A program made the translations under genes and the position numbers. A model generated the notes under the pieces. The model was not told where the DNA came from and searched no databases. It saw only the letters and a list, made by a program, of their open reading frames with translations. Shown here piece after piece: positions 35,901-46,354 of a stretch of DNA of 64,000 nt. This DNA comes from an uncultured Nitrososphaeraceae archaeon (lineage in GTDB: Archaea; Thermoproteota; Nitrososphaeria; Nitrososphaerales; Nitrososphaeraceae): the NCBI GenBank assembly GCA_963765895.1, contig CAVXZB010000084.1:511656-575655 (forward strand). Reading direction: 5' to 3'. Numbering within the stretch: position 1 is the stretch's first letter; every line of letters starts with the position of its first letter.

Positions 35901-36529
35901 TGTTTCGCATCCTCAACTTTTCTCCATACTACCTATGTATCTTCTTAAAAGAATAAGTTTTTTGTTACTATAGACTTTACCATAGTATCAGCATGATTCA
36001 CAGAAATTTCGGAAAGAAGCCAATTGACGAGTCGTCACGTTCAGAACTGTATTGTAATGGATTTAACAAATGGTGGAATAGGCTAAAGAACATGTTAAAG
36101 TAATTGTGAAACGAGGTCATGTGCTCGTTGATATAAAAGCCGCAGTGTGGATGGGTAGATGGCCAATATACCTGTGCGAATGCCCTATCACGAATGGCCC
36201 AAATACTCCCTTCCAAGAACATGAGAATGGATTTTATGCCGCATACAACGCGCCACAAGGCACGCTCCACTTAATGTCACTGGCTAGCCTCTAAACAGTC
36301 AGCTGCTAACCTCAAGCTGGCCAAATAGTGACTTCGTGAACGCATGGACGACTAAATGCGCGTCTCCTATTCTGATCTTTAATATCTCATATTAACCAAT
36401 TATCGATACGTAATTGGTCTATAGGTGGGCCATCTCCCCTGTCGATTAATAAATGGGCTTGTATGTCCGAGCTAGCCTAATATGCACACGAAGATTTATC
36501 TACTCAATGAACATCTATATCGAACTGTC

Positions 36530-36725
36530 AGCCTACACTTAGGTTGTAACATTTTTGATAATATCTATAATCTGGCATCTCTCATATCGTGCTATAACGT
36601 TATTTCCGGGATAGTTATGACGGACGTGTTAAAAATCCGATGTTGTCCGATGTGTTAAACTTATTGCAGTAACGGAATTAGTATGTTCATACGCATCATT
36701 TAGTCGCTATTCTCTATAGATATCA
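36530..36725. repeat. Dispersed ~200-bp non-coding repeat, copy 1
   Basis: Aligns with 47757-47955 (TTCCGGGATA.TTATG..GGA.GTGTTAAAAA.C.GATGTTGTC.GATGTGTTAAAC). Confidence 0.85.
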
Positions 36726-36796
36726 AAATTTATGAGTATTATATTGTCGTTTTAACATTGTATTTCAAGTAGTTATTATTTCAGACATTCATGACA

Positions 36797-37255
36797 TTAT
36801 TTTTTAGCTTTCTCCTTCATAACTTCCTGTAATACTTCTTTCGTATATCTCACAACTTCCTCGTCTTCAAGAGATGTTGCAAGACCGGTTTCTTCTCTCA
36901 TAACGGCTTTGTTCCTTCTAGCAATAGATAAAACTGTTTTAGTTATCTGCGTCCCCATCTCTGCTGAAGCAATATGCTGCCAGTAATCCTACCTCTTTTT
37001 GAGCTGATTTTCTGATTAACTTTCGTAATTCGACATCCTGTACGGCTGAAATTGCCACTGAATATATTCCAATCGTTACTAAAAAGCAAGAAAATCCTAC
37101 ATAGGATATGGTAGCAAATCCAAATGGGGGATAGTTGTAATTTACGAGGAATGTAGCTTGGTTTGAAACGAACAACAATATCAAGCCGTAAGCAGAAATT
37201 ATCATATATTCGCTGACCTGAATCTGTCTCAATCTTCTCGCTATAGTCCAAAAGG
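36797..37255 (-). pseudogene. 3' remnant of a multi-TM membrane protein with a cytoplasmic helical tail; frameshifted
   Basis: AYGLILLFVSNQA...YPPFGFATISYVG...GIYSVAISAVQDVELRKLIRK, then SIASAEMETQI...TSLEDEEVVRYTKEVLQEV. Confidence 0.7.
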
Positions 37256-37259
37256 AGAT

Positions 37260-37373
37260 TCAGAATTTTATATTCTCAAGCTCTTTGTAACACTCATTAC
37301 AAACAGTCTCGTTTTCTTTTGATGTGAACAATTTACCACATGATGAACACTTTATCTTATGTTCTTCATACAT
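37260..37373 (-). CDS. 37-aa CxxC-CxxC zinc-finger microprotein
   Basis: Manual translation MYEEHKIKCSSCGKLFTSKENETVCNECYKELENIKF. Confidence 0.7.
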   Translation of the reverse strand: MYEEHKIKCSSCGKLFTSKENETVCNECYKELENIKF

Positions 37374-37914
37374 ATCTTTATATCATTTACAACAAATTAT
37401 TAAAACAATTACTATCTTGTAGTTTTTTAAAGTGGGTAACACACTTTCCGATTTAGGCGATGCCTCGAGACGCGATCACGGTAATTAATAAAAATTACAA
37501 AAAAGAGCCATTGTAATTTTTCCTCTACTGTTTCTCAATTTTCATATTTTGAATTAATTATAACATTTATTCAAATTTATATCGCATCGAATCGAAGGAG
37601 ATCGTGTCGGTCGCACTTTATCAGTCGTAGCAAAGCCCTGCTTTCGTCTTAGTCCTCCCAGCAATTGCCTAGTCTGGCTAGAAACTCTTATGTGGTTTCT
37701 AGCGGCACCTCCCTTTTTTGTCCTAGTCAATGCATGTATTAGACCTATTAACCGTTAACGGATATCCAACCTATTAACCTGCCGCTGCTCGCTATAGCCG
37801 ACTGACAAGTGACAACCGGGGGGCTACAAGGAGAGTTTTCACTCTTAGCATTATCATTATAATGCTTAGCTTTATCATTTTGCATATCGAATATAGATAT
37901 GTAAACAAACAAGA

Positions 37915-38378
37915 TTGATGACTGATGATACATATCCTAAAACTATAATCAATACAGCTAGAGTAGCTAGGCTAGCAACGGTCGATCTAGAATGCAAACC
38001 ACATCTGGTACCAGTTGTATTTGTATATGATAATGATCATGATTTTTACTTTATACCAATAGATGAGAAGACTAAGCGATCCAGACCTGAAAATCTAAAA
38101 AGAGTAAAGAACATAAAAGAAAATCCAAATGTTGCATTATTGATAGATGAATACAATGAGGACTGGACAAAACTTTATTTCATTATAATTTATGGAAAAG
38201 CTTCTATAATAGGAGGTAAAAAAAAATAGATCAAAATTAAATGTCATTTTTAAAAAAAGCTCACAAATCATTGCGCAATAAATATCCTCAGTACAAGAAA
38301 ATCGGTGTTGGGGAACACGTTATAATGATTATGCCACAAAAAGTGATAGCTTGGAAGAACGATAAAGTAAATGGTTAA
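37915..38378 (+). CDS. PPOX-class (pyridoxamine 5'-phosphate oxidase-like) F420-dependent enzyme; frameshift in the A-run near 38220
   Basis: ARVARLATVD...PHLVPVVF, IDEK.K, RVKNIKENPNVALLIDEYNEDW; continuation LRNKYPQY...KVIAW. Confidence 0.85.
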
Positions 38379-38407
38379 TTAATATCCAATACATATCCAT
38401 ATGTTTA

Positions 38408-38640
38408 TTATCTAGCAAGCCTGGCAAGCTGTTTTGTTATATCTAACATATTGTCAAGATCTCTTCCTGTAGGAATAAAGTTATATCCAAATACGATATG
38501 ATCCACTCCAATCTGTTTTATTCTCTCAATATCACTTCCTACCTGATCAATTGTTCCAGTTAATGGGAATCTTTGGCCTTGACTTGTTGTCGCTGATTAG
38601 TTTTTAGAATTAATGTCTACATTAGGACTCACAATAAGAC
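38408..38640 (-). pseudogene. C-terminal remnant of an LLM oxidoreductase
   Basis: RFPLTGTIDQVGSDIERIKQIGVDHIVF. Confidence 0.65.
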
Positions 38641-38862
38641 GGTACGAAGGTAAGAGTTATAGGATGTTATCGAGTGGTTAATCGAGGCCTATTCCTTAGA
38701 TATTCTTAGAATGTATTCATCATTTTACATCATTGCAGAAGTTTATTTACAGACAGAAGTAAGAATTTAGTACTGAATAAGATATTTTCATCATTTATTG
38801 TTGTTAGCGGTACCAGAGCTGTGTTTGTAGGAATAGATTTAATAAGATTCAATATAAAGTGC

Positions 38863-39299
38863 TGTTTAATTTGTTTTATTTTATATCTCTATTACCTGAT
38901 TCCCGTTAGTTATGATTATGCTCCACGGCTGTGTTACCATTAGTAAAAGAGTGTTCTAATATAAATTATTACTGGCTCCGTTTAGCAGCCTGAAATCGAC
39001 GGGCTAGTTGATACATGTTATCATGACATTGACATTGGCAAATTCTTGTTATTTTTGAACCATGAATTGTTTCTGTTACATTGCCTTCACATAAGCCATG
39101 TTCATTTTGTGTACAGTTTTCCGATTTATAACCCACCAATTAGCTTCTTATGTCTATATTCAGTATATACCTGTATATCAAAAAGCGCTTAATGAAAATA
39201 TTGTGAAAAGTAATAAATCATTTATTTTTGCTTGTTGAGACAGTGTTCTCCGTTCCTATATCTATCCTCCTCTTCTATTTCATCTAAGCTATGACTCGT
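38863..39299. repeat. Long direct repeat, copy 1
   Basis: Aligns with 42799-43314; central ~170 nt essentially identical. Confidence 0.95.
38969..39139 (-). CDS. 56-aa CxCxCH microprotein, copy 1
   Basis: MVGYKSENCTQNEHGLCEGNVTETIHGSKITRICQCQCHDNMYQLARRFQAAKRSQ. Confidence 0.75.
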   Translation of the reverse strand: MVGYKSENCTQNEHGLCEGNVTETIHGSKITRICQCQCHDNMYQLARRFQAAKRSQ

Positions 39300-39344
39300 T
39301 TTCAGCGGTTTTGAGATAGGGACACATCCGTATTTCGATAATGT

Positions 39345-40215
39345 TCAGAAAATACGCAAGAGTTCGGTGTTGGCAAATAGGTCTGGAGGAAGACCTCCTT
39401 CAAAATAGTGCTTCAAATTATTCGGAAGCAGTGATAGAATCTGACTGGTAACGCCGTAGGCCAATCCTATTGGAGCTACGCCATACAACGGGCCTTTAGT
39501 TAGCTCGTATAAGTTTGATGGCATGCCTTCTTTATCAACAGTAGTCATTGTTGCAATAACGTTTTGGGCCATACCTATTATCTCAATACTGCTAGGATCT
39601 ATAATAGGCGAACCGCTAGTACCTCCCACAGAAACGATATCCGTTTGAATTCCCCAGGGTCTGGGACTCTCATCATGAGGCATTAAACCAGCAATGTGCC
39701 CGGATTGAATTATTGGACTCAGACGAATTCCCTCTCCATCCTCATTTTTATACAGTATCAACGATAATCTTCCGCTCGGATATCCACATATTACAATCTC
39801 ATCGTAAAGTTTCAATCGGCAAGGTTCCTTGATCGTCAAGAAATTATTCGAGGGACGATCCAGTTTTCCTACTCCGATATCTAGATCAATCGATCCTTTA
39901 AATCCCGCAACTTTGACAGGAGGCAGTCTGATCGACTCATCTATGTGATGAGTATTAAGATCTAACTGACCCTCACTGATGGTAACACTGAATGCTGAAT
40001 ACATACCATCGAGACCGTTATTCTTTTCCTTATATATGGTGTTATAATTTAGACATTGACTAAAAACATGTGCCGAACTTACAATATACTTACCACCTAT
40101 GAAAAAACCTGTTCCAAAACTATCTATGACTTCGTTTGTATCCTTATTGGAGAGGCCTATTGCAACTGTAGCAGATTTAATTCCTCTTAACTTATCAACT
40201 TCGATCATCATTATC
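39345..40215 (-). CDS. Trypsin-like serine protease, no signal peptide
   Basis: GTGFFI, SSAHV (His), DLDIG (Asp), GYP, GGTSGSP (Ser); start probably at the Met cluster near 40215. Confidence 0.85.
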
Positions 40216-40430
40216 ATACTGCTATACAATTTAATAATCTTATGACAACAAATGATTGAATAACATAACTGCAGGTTTTTCCGAGGCAGCAGATCAGTAG
40301 CAGACCATAACATTAATCACATATATGGTTAATTCTGGTGTTTTCAAAATCTGGACAGGTAATGTCGTATCTATTAATCTTTTGTATAGTAAGCAAAATG
40401 TTTACATTTAAGATTATTCTATTATTCTCA

Positions 40431-40607
40431 ATGCCGATAATATCGATCTCTACTTACAGTGGTAGAACACAACGAGAGAAGGACAGGTTGGCAGAAGCGA
40501 TTACAGAGGACGTTACAAAGATATTTAATGTAGACAAAAAAGATGTAATAATAGTGTTTAAAGAGGAGCCTCACGGAAATTGGTATGCAGATGGTATTAG
40601 ACTCTGA
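40431..40607 (+). CDS. 4-oxalocrotonate tautomerase family protein
   Basis: M-P start (catalytic Pro-1), GRT.REKDRLAEAITE, 58 aa; true start 40431. Confidence 0.88.
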   Translation: MPIISISTYSGRTQREKDRLAEAITEDVTKIFNVDKKDVIIVFKEEPHGNWYADGIRL

Positions 40608-41046
40608 CGTATTGGCACGAGGACATTGCAATACGCTCTAACGAGATATGATATGTGTATGGTCAGCATATAGCGAGTGTTAATCAGATCCTCTGATATT
40701 TCTATTTCATGATCTTGCATTCCAATACTGCTGCTTGCTCTGCTAAAGTTCTTTTTTCAATATTGAGAAATGCAAAGTCAGAGCATTTTGAATATTTATG
40801 CAAAAAGAATTGTTCCTCCTTCCTGTGGTTTTTACAATCATGCCCGAACCCGTTAATGCAGGCATTGATCCTGGTTTTGTTTTACGTCACCAGATTCTCC
40901 TCTTTCCTTATTTGTTGACAAAGAATATGAACCATCTTTGAGCTTGTACAGGTTATATTCGCGTTCTAGTTTTTCATATTGTGCTATACAAAAGCCAGTT
41001 TTCTTGAGATTTAGTTAAATTATAACAATGCAGTAAATCCAAAGGG

Positions 41047-41874
41047 TTATGAAAGCAATACTTGTCTTATACCTTGAATAACATACTGGATTGCAATTGC
41101 TGCAAGAAAAATTGCAAGGACTCTTGTAATTACAATTAATCCTCGTCTACCTAGTATATGATATATTCTATCTTTTGAGCGTAAAATGATATAAGTAGCT
41201 ACAAGAGCTAGCGCTATAGCGGCAAATGTGCACAAATAGCCATAGGTTTGTAATGATATTATCACAGATGTGATTGCACCAGGACCGGTAAGCAGAGGAA
41301 ATGCCAAAGGGACAACTCCAATATCAGTAGAAGCTGTACTCACAAATCTCCACATTCCATAAGTTAGCAACTCCATTGATATTATAAATAGTAATATTCC
41401 TCCTGAAATCATAAAGCTGAAGATTTCAACACCAAACAGAGACAGTAACTGAGTGCCGACTAATCCAAATGTAATCAATAATGCAGCAGCAGTAATTATA
41501 ATATTCTTTGATACAACTTTTCTTTCAAATACATTCATATTTTCTGTCATCGAAATAAACAATGTAATACTTCCAATAGGATTTATAACTATAAATAATG
41601 ATATCGAAGACTTTAATAGATCATTACCAAACGTATTAGATATATTAAATAGTGCTTTAAATTCTGCAATCAATTTGTTAAAGACGTTAGAATATACTGG
41701 TACAAAACTATTCCACACTTTGAATTGTTCGGCATAAAAGGCAAGTGTTACTAATATGATTATTGCGAGTATGCATAAGAAAGTAACTATGATTTTATTT
41801 CTTGCCTTCATTTCTGACTTGATAGAGATAGTAATAATATATAAGTGGCTATGTAGAAACCACGTATTGCACAC
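41047..41874 (-). CDS. MarC family membrane protein with an N-terminal extension
   Basis: LFIVINPIG, SGGILLF, VVPLAFPLLTGPGAIT, ITRVLAIFLAAIAIQ. Confidence 0.9.
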   Translation of the reverse strand: MCNTWFLHSHLYIITISIKSEMKARNKIIVTFLCILAIIILVTLAFYAEQFKVWNSFVPVYSNVFNKLIAEFKALFNISNTFGNDLLKSSISLFIVINPIGSITLFISMTENMNVFERKVVSKNIIITAAALLITFGLVGTQLLSLFGVEIFSFMISGGILLFIISMELLTYGMWRFVSTASTDIGVVPLAFPLLTGPGAITSVIISLQTYGYLCTFAAIALALVATYIILRSKDRIYHILGRRGLIVITRVLAIFLAAIAIQYVIQGIRQVLLS

Positions 41875-42130
41875 AGACAGAATTTGGGTATTGATTACTA
41901 TAAGACAGTACTACAAACTTGGATGAGGCATACTCTTTTGCTCCAGGATAATATTGCTTGGAAATATTGCTTCTGGCTTTGTGAGTTATGCTTGTTGTCC
42001 TTCTACGGTAGTAAAACAATAATTCTGGCATCAGGTTAGATCATAAAATCGTTCAACTATAACACGCTTAATTTCATTTCATACCGTTGGTAAGATTTGG
42101 ATCATTTGGACAATGGAGTTTTACCTATAG

Positions 42131-42673
42131 CTAGATATGCCATTCTAATTCATGTTCTTTTCTTTCTTTAACGTCATCAAAATCTAGGTTACAATAATGA
42201 CATTTCAGACATGTTACTAACCTAAGAGGATAGTCTATGTTTCTTTGAATGCTCCTAGCTTCTTCGAATTCCTCTTCAACCATTCTTCTTGAAGATGATT
42301 GATAAACAGTATGATAAGTTATTGGTTTATTTTTCTCCAAATATTCTTCTTGTGGCTGATAATGTAATGCTTCCTTGTACCGCTTAATTAAATGTCTTAG
42401 AGTGTAGTTCCAACCTTGCTTAAAATCTCCCACATGATAAGATTCTGCCACAATATGGGTATACCTTGTATTGGGATCTGTTTTTGCAAGGAATAATAAT
42501 TCTTCTGGCTTAATGACACCTGCAGAATCAAGTATAGGTAAACAAAGAGCAAATTCTGTTTCATATACATTAGACCAAAGCTGTATTTTTTGGTTTTGCA
42601 ATTCTTCTTCCTTATTGTCATTAACTTGGAAACCTAATGATTTTCCATCTGTTATCATTGTTATATTATTCAT
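42131..42673 (-). CDS. Hypothetical protein with a C-terminal C2H2 zinc finger
   Basis: LKCHYCNLDF..VKERKEHELEWH. Confidence 0.75.
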   Translation of the reverse strand: MNNITMITDGKSLGFQVNDNKEEELQNQKIQLWSNVYETEFALCLPILDSAGVIKPEELLFLAKTDPNTRYTHIVAESYHVGDFKQGWNYTLRHLIKRYKEALHYQPQEEYLEKNKPITYHTVYQSSSRRMVEEEFEEARSIQRNIDYPLRLVTCLKCHYCNLDFDDVKERKEHELEWHI

Positions 42674-42798
42674 TTATCCCGAGAAACTACCAAACGACGT
42701 CGGTAAAGATGAAACTACAATCAAACCTGCATCAAGGATTATGAATTTTGAGTTATTGTTCATCTATTATTATATGCGTCCTACCTTAATAAGGTAGT

Positions 42799-43314
42799 GT
42801 TTAACTTGTTTTATTTTATATCTCTGTAATGACTCTAGTTAGTTATGATTATGCTCAGACCATTTCTACCATTAGCAAAAGAGTGTTGTACTATGAACCT
42901 ACTATATCATCTAGTAATTAGCAATAGTGACTTCTCATCGCTTCAGACAAGTAATGTCAAAATATGGATCTAAAATAATATAAATTATTACTGGCTCTTT
43001 GTAGCAGCCTGAAATCTCCGGGCTAGTTGATACATGTTATCATGACATTGACATTGGCAAATTCTTGTTATTTTTGAACCATGAATTGTTTCTGTTACAT
43101 TGCCTTCACATAAGCCATGTTCATTTTGTGTACAGTTTTCCGATTTATAACCCACCAATTAGCTTCTTATGTCTATATTCAATATAAGTCTAGGTCAAAA
43201 AGCGTTTAATGAAAATATTGTAAAAGTGATAAATGATTATTTTGCTTGTTGCGGCAAGTATTCTCCGGTCAGGTATTTGTCCTCTTCTCCTATTTCATCT
43301 AAGATATGACTCGT
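42799..43314. repeat. Long direct repeat, copy 2 (extra ~85 nt near 42893-42977)
   Basis: Aligns with 38863-39299. Confidence 0.95.
42988..43158 (-). CDS. 56-aa CxCxCH microprotein, copy 2
   Basis: Same as copy 1 except the C-terminus (AATKSQ). Confidence 0.75.
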   Translation of the reverse strand: MVGYKSENCTQNEHGLCEGNVTETIHGSKITRICQCQCHDNMYQLARRFQAATKSQ

Positions 43315-43526
43315 GGATGCGGTATGGGTATCATTTCCTCAACAGCTTGAAAATGCTCTTTAATAACTTCGGAATCCAGATAATGAGTACTCCTCATTTC
43401 CTTCCAATTTTTTACTGGTATAATTTTCGTTTCCAGCACAGTTTAAATTCCATCAAGTTGTCGCCACTCGGAAAGCGTTAGAGAAAAATAATATTATTAA
43501 ACCGTAAACTAACTCTCTATCTATAA

Positions 43527-43670
43527 CTATTTTACTTTTTTAGAATCAAGATAGTCCCTACAGCAATCATCTGAGCAAAATAACATAACTCCCCCATCTG
43601 CACTCGAATATCTTATCCCTTCAGTTAATTCGTTAAATTCTTTACCACATGACTTGCAAGATATGTACAT
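43527..43670 (-). CDS. 47-aa TRASH/YHS-like metal-binding microprotein
   Basis: MYISCKSCGKEF...MLFCSDDCCRDY (CxxCG...FCSxxC). Confidence 0.7.
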   Translation of the reverse strand: MYISCKSCGKEFNELTEGIRYSSADGGVMLFCSDDCCRDYLDSKKVK

Positions 43671-43839
43671 TTTAGATTAGTGTTTTTAGGACTATCTTAT
43701 TATAAAGTATTTTGTATAATGATAGGCTTACATATACAATATGTGGAATTAGTATAATCAGAACAAAAAGGCTAAAATATATTTCATGTTTATCGATATA
43801 GGCAATTTATATTAGGACAAGAAGCACTGACAACCAGAA

Positions 43840-44118
43840 ATGAGTTACGGTAGAGGTAGTGGTTATGGGCATGGCAGAGGCAGGAGTTACGGTGGAGGTG
43901 GCGACAGAGGTTTCAACAGAGGTTCTCCTGCTCCAAAGCCAGTTGAGGTAGGCAAGGAATATGAAGTAGATATTACAGAAATTAGCAGACAAGGAGATGG
44001 TATTGCTAGGATACAGGGGTTTGTAATATTTGTTAAGAATGGAAAAGTTAAGCAGAATGTTAAGGTTAAGGTTGAACAAGTAGGAGATAGGTTTGCTACA
44101 GCAGCACCTATTGAATAG
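43840..44118 (+). CDS. Stand-alone TRAM-domain RNA-binding protein with a G/R-rich N-terminus
   Basis: PKPVEVGKEYEVDITEISRQGDGIARIQGFVIFV. Confidence 0.92.
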   Translation: MSYGRGSGYGHGRGRSYGGGGDRGFNRGSPAPKPVEVGKEYEVDITEISRQGDGIARIQGFVIFVKNGKVKQNVKVKVEQVGDRFATAAPIE

Positions 44119-44294
44119 ATATACAACAATTGGCTTAGCAACTCAAATCTGGTCAATGAAACTTATTTAAGATTTTTTATTTGACTCATTTCAGAGGGTT
44201 TAGCTGAGAATAATACTATATTCTGTTGTGGACTTTACACCCAAAGATGCAGAATACTAAATAAATAGAGTGCTTAAACTAAAGAGAAGAAAAG

Positions 44295-44522
44295 TTGGTC
44301 AGAATCAACTGTAGAATTATACCAGAACCTCAAGAAGGTACAAGGCCAATTTACAAAAAGAATGAACGTAAAATTGAACCATTTATGGTAGGAGAAGGCA
44401 ATCTAGATTATATCTGTGGTAGATGTGATAATATTATAGCTCAAAGTGTGTCTCGAAGTCAAATAGCCTCAGATGCAGTATTTCAATGTCCAAATTGTCA
44501 AACCTTCAATGAGGTTGAATAA
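44295..44522 (+). CDS. Small zinc-ribbon protein
   Basis: YICGRCDNII...FQCPNCQTFN. Confidence 0.75.
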   Translation: MVRINCRIIPEPQEGTRPIYKKNERKIEPFMVGEGNLDYICGRCDNIIAQSVSRSQIASDAVFQCPNCQTFNEVE

Positions 44523-44934
44523 GTAGCTCTATTTACCCAAATGTAAAACATAAGCTACAACTAATTGGCCATAATTGCGGTACTATTTCATCCAATCAAG
44601 TCCTACTGTTCAGCTGCCTTACCAAGTATGTTAAGGCAGTTTTTACGGCAACCTCTGAACAAAGGAATAGAACTCACCTTAATGGAGATTGAATAACGTA
44701 GTCCTTTTAGTCATTTGTCAAATTCCTTCTCCGTATGTATCAGAGCTTTACATTGGGTTATAATCAAGCTCGCATTACTATAAAGATTTTGCCATTTCCA
44801 TTATTCCAATCGTTAAAAATAATTTATTTAGGCTTACGGATTAGAACTTAAGTATGACTATTCTGTACACTATTAAGGTAATGGTTATATTGTCCATTCG
44901 CATTAAAAAATAATGAGCTGGTAGATATTTCATA

Positions 44935-45228
44935 ATGGCAACACTTAAAGTCTACAAGAGAAATTCGACATTTGCGGAATTGGCTACCCTTGGGGAAGAA
45001 ATAGGTAAATTGGGACTAAATGACACGCTGCAAAAATATTACAGTAAACCTCTCGAAAATGAAGCAAGGAGCATAGTAGCAGGACCTAGTTTTCTACAAT
45101 TCTTAAACAAGTTATTTCAGACTCATATATCTGCCGGAGATGTCATACAGTTTGAATCTGGAAATGCAAGTAAATACTATATGTTATCGGAAACTGGAAC
45201 ATGGGACGAGATAATCAGGCTACAATAA
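44935..45228 (+). CDS. Hypothetical protein
   Basis: Intact 97-aa ORF; its last ~30 nt recur in diverged form near 53520-53550. Confidence 0.7.
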   Translation: MATLKVYKRNSTFAELATLGEEIGKLGLNDTLQKYYSKPLENEARSIVAGPSFLQFLNKLFQTHISAGDVIQFESGNASKYYMLSETGTWDEIIRLQ

Positions 45229-45529
45229 TAGTACCTTGTGTAAAGGCAATGACTAGGTCGTTCTGGAAGTTCAAGGCATGGCAAACCCACTGTTGGTTAG
45301 ATTGACGGCCATGAATTATCTGATCGGCCAGCCCACCTAGATCTGTATGTGGGCGCCTCCTCGTAACAGATATGCATATTTTACCTTCTTAGATAGGCTA
45401 GAGGGTATACATTTGATCTCTCAAATCAAAAAATGTTTTTAATGTGGTATGTTTCACACCGTAAATAGAAGACACCCTTTCCGAGATAACTAAATCAGAC
45501 TTTTACAAAACTCTAAAGTTGTCTGCCAT

Positions 45530-46020
45530 ATTGAAAAATAGGGTGATTGTGACATGTATTATATGCGCACACCTTCCTGGTGAGATCTCTTCCATTTGGG
45601 TCTATAAATTTCGCATATACCTCTTCCTCTTCTAGGATAAAACCTGCCATAGGTTGATAAATATGATAGCCGTTCCCAGTCCATAATACTGTAGGATGGC
45701 AGTGTATACTCCTTTCAATTTTCTTAAGATTCTGATCAACGCCCTATCAAGTTTATCTTTCGAAACAAAGTCCTTTAGATCTGTATCTATCATTAGAAAA
45801 GTTGGTGGAGTTCTATTAATGCCATCGTATTTAGTAAATGAAGGATAGGCATTGATTATGCAATCTTCATAGTTTGATGCCTTAAAATATTCAAGGACTT
45901 CTTGTATGTTGAACACTTCCTTCTGATAGCCGAGAGATCTAGTCATGATATTCCTTGGAAAATTGGGCTCCTGAAAATGTGATAGGATGAAGCCTAGATT
46001 CTGCTCAACCTCATTTAATT
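45530..46020 (-). pseudogene. Archaeo-eukaryotic primase-like (PriS-like) gene, frameshifted and 3'-truncated
   Basis: LGFILSHFQEPNFPR, DC.INAYP, LMIDTD (DxD), and WTGNGYHIYQP in the next frame. Confidence 0.7.
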
Positions 46021-46030
46021 TCTGACTACT

Positions 46031-46270
46031 AAGGGGTAGATTTCTTTCTGTGAAGGGTTGAAAGAAAAATTACCCCCTTGTATATCATTATTATTTATGG
46101 CAGTATGACGATAAACCAGTGTTTTAATATGATCATATGACCAATATTAATTTGATTAATTTTAATTTTACCCCTCCATTCCGCGTATGAAATACCTGAA
46201 CTAAATACTGGGGTAAATTTCTTTCAATCAGTACTATGGTGCACCATGGCTGAAAGAAAAACTACCCGTT
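46031..46270. repeat. Two stem-loop units GGGGTA.ATTTCTTTC...GAAAGAAAAA.TACCC
   Basis: Units at ~46031-46079 and ~46210-46267; a third at ~55833-55880. Confidence 0.8.
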
Positions 46271-46354
46271 AGTAGTGATAATATTTTATTTTATCAGCTG
46301 TCAGAATAAATGCTAAACAAACCAACATGCACTGTAGTTATTCTCGGGATTATT

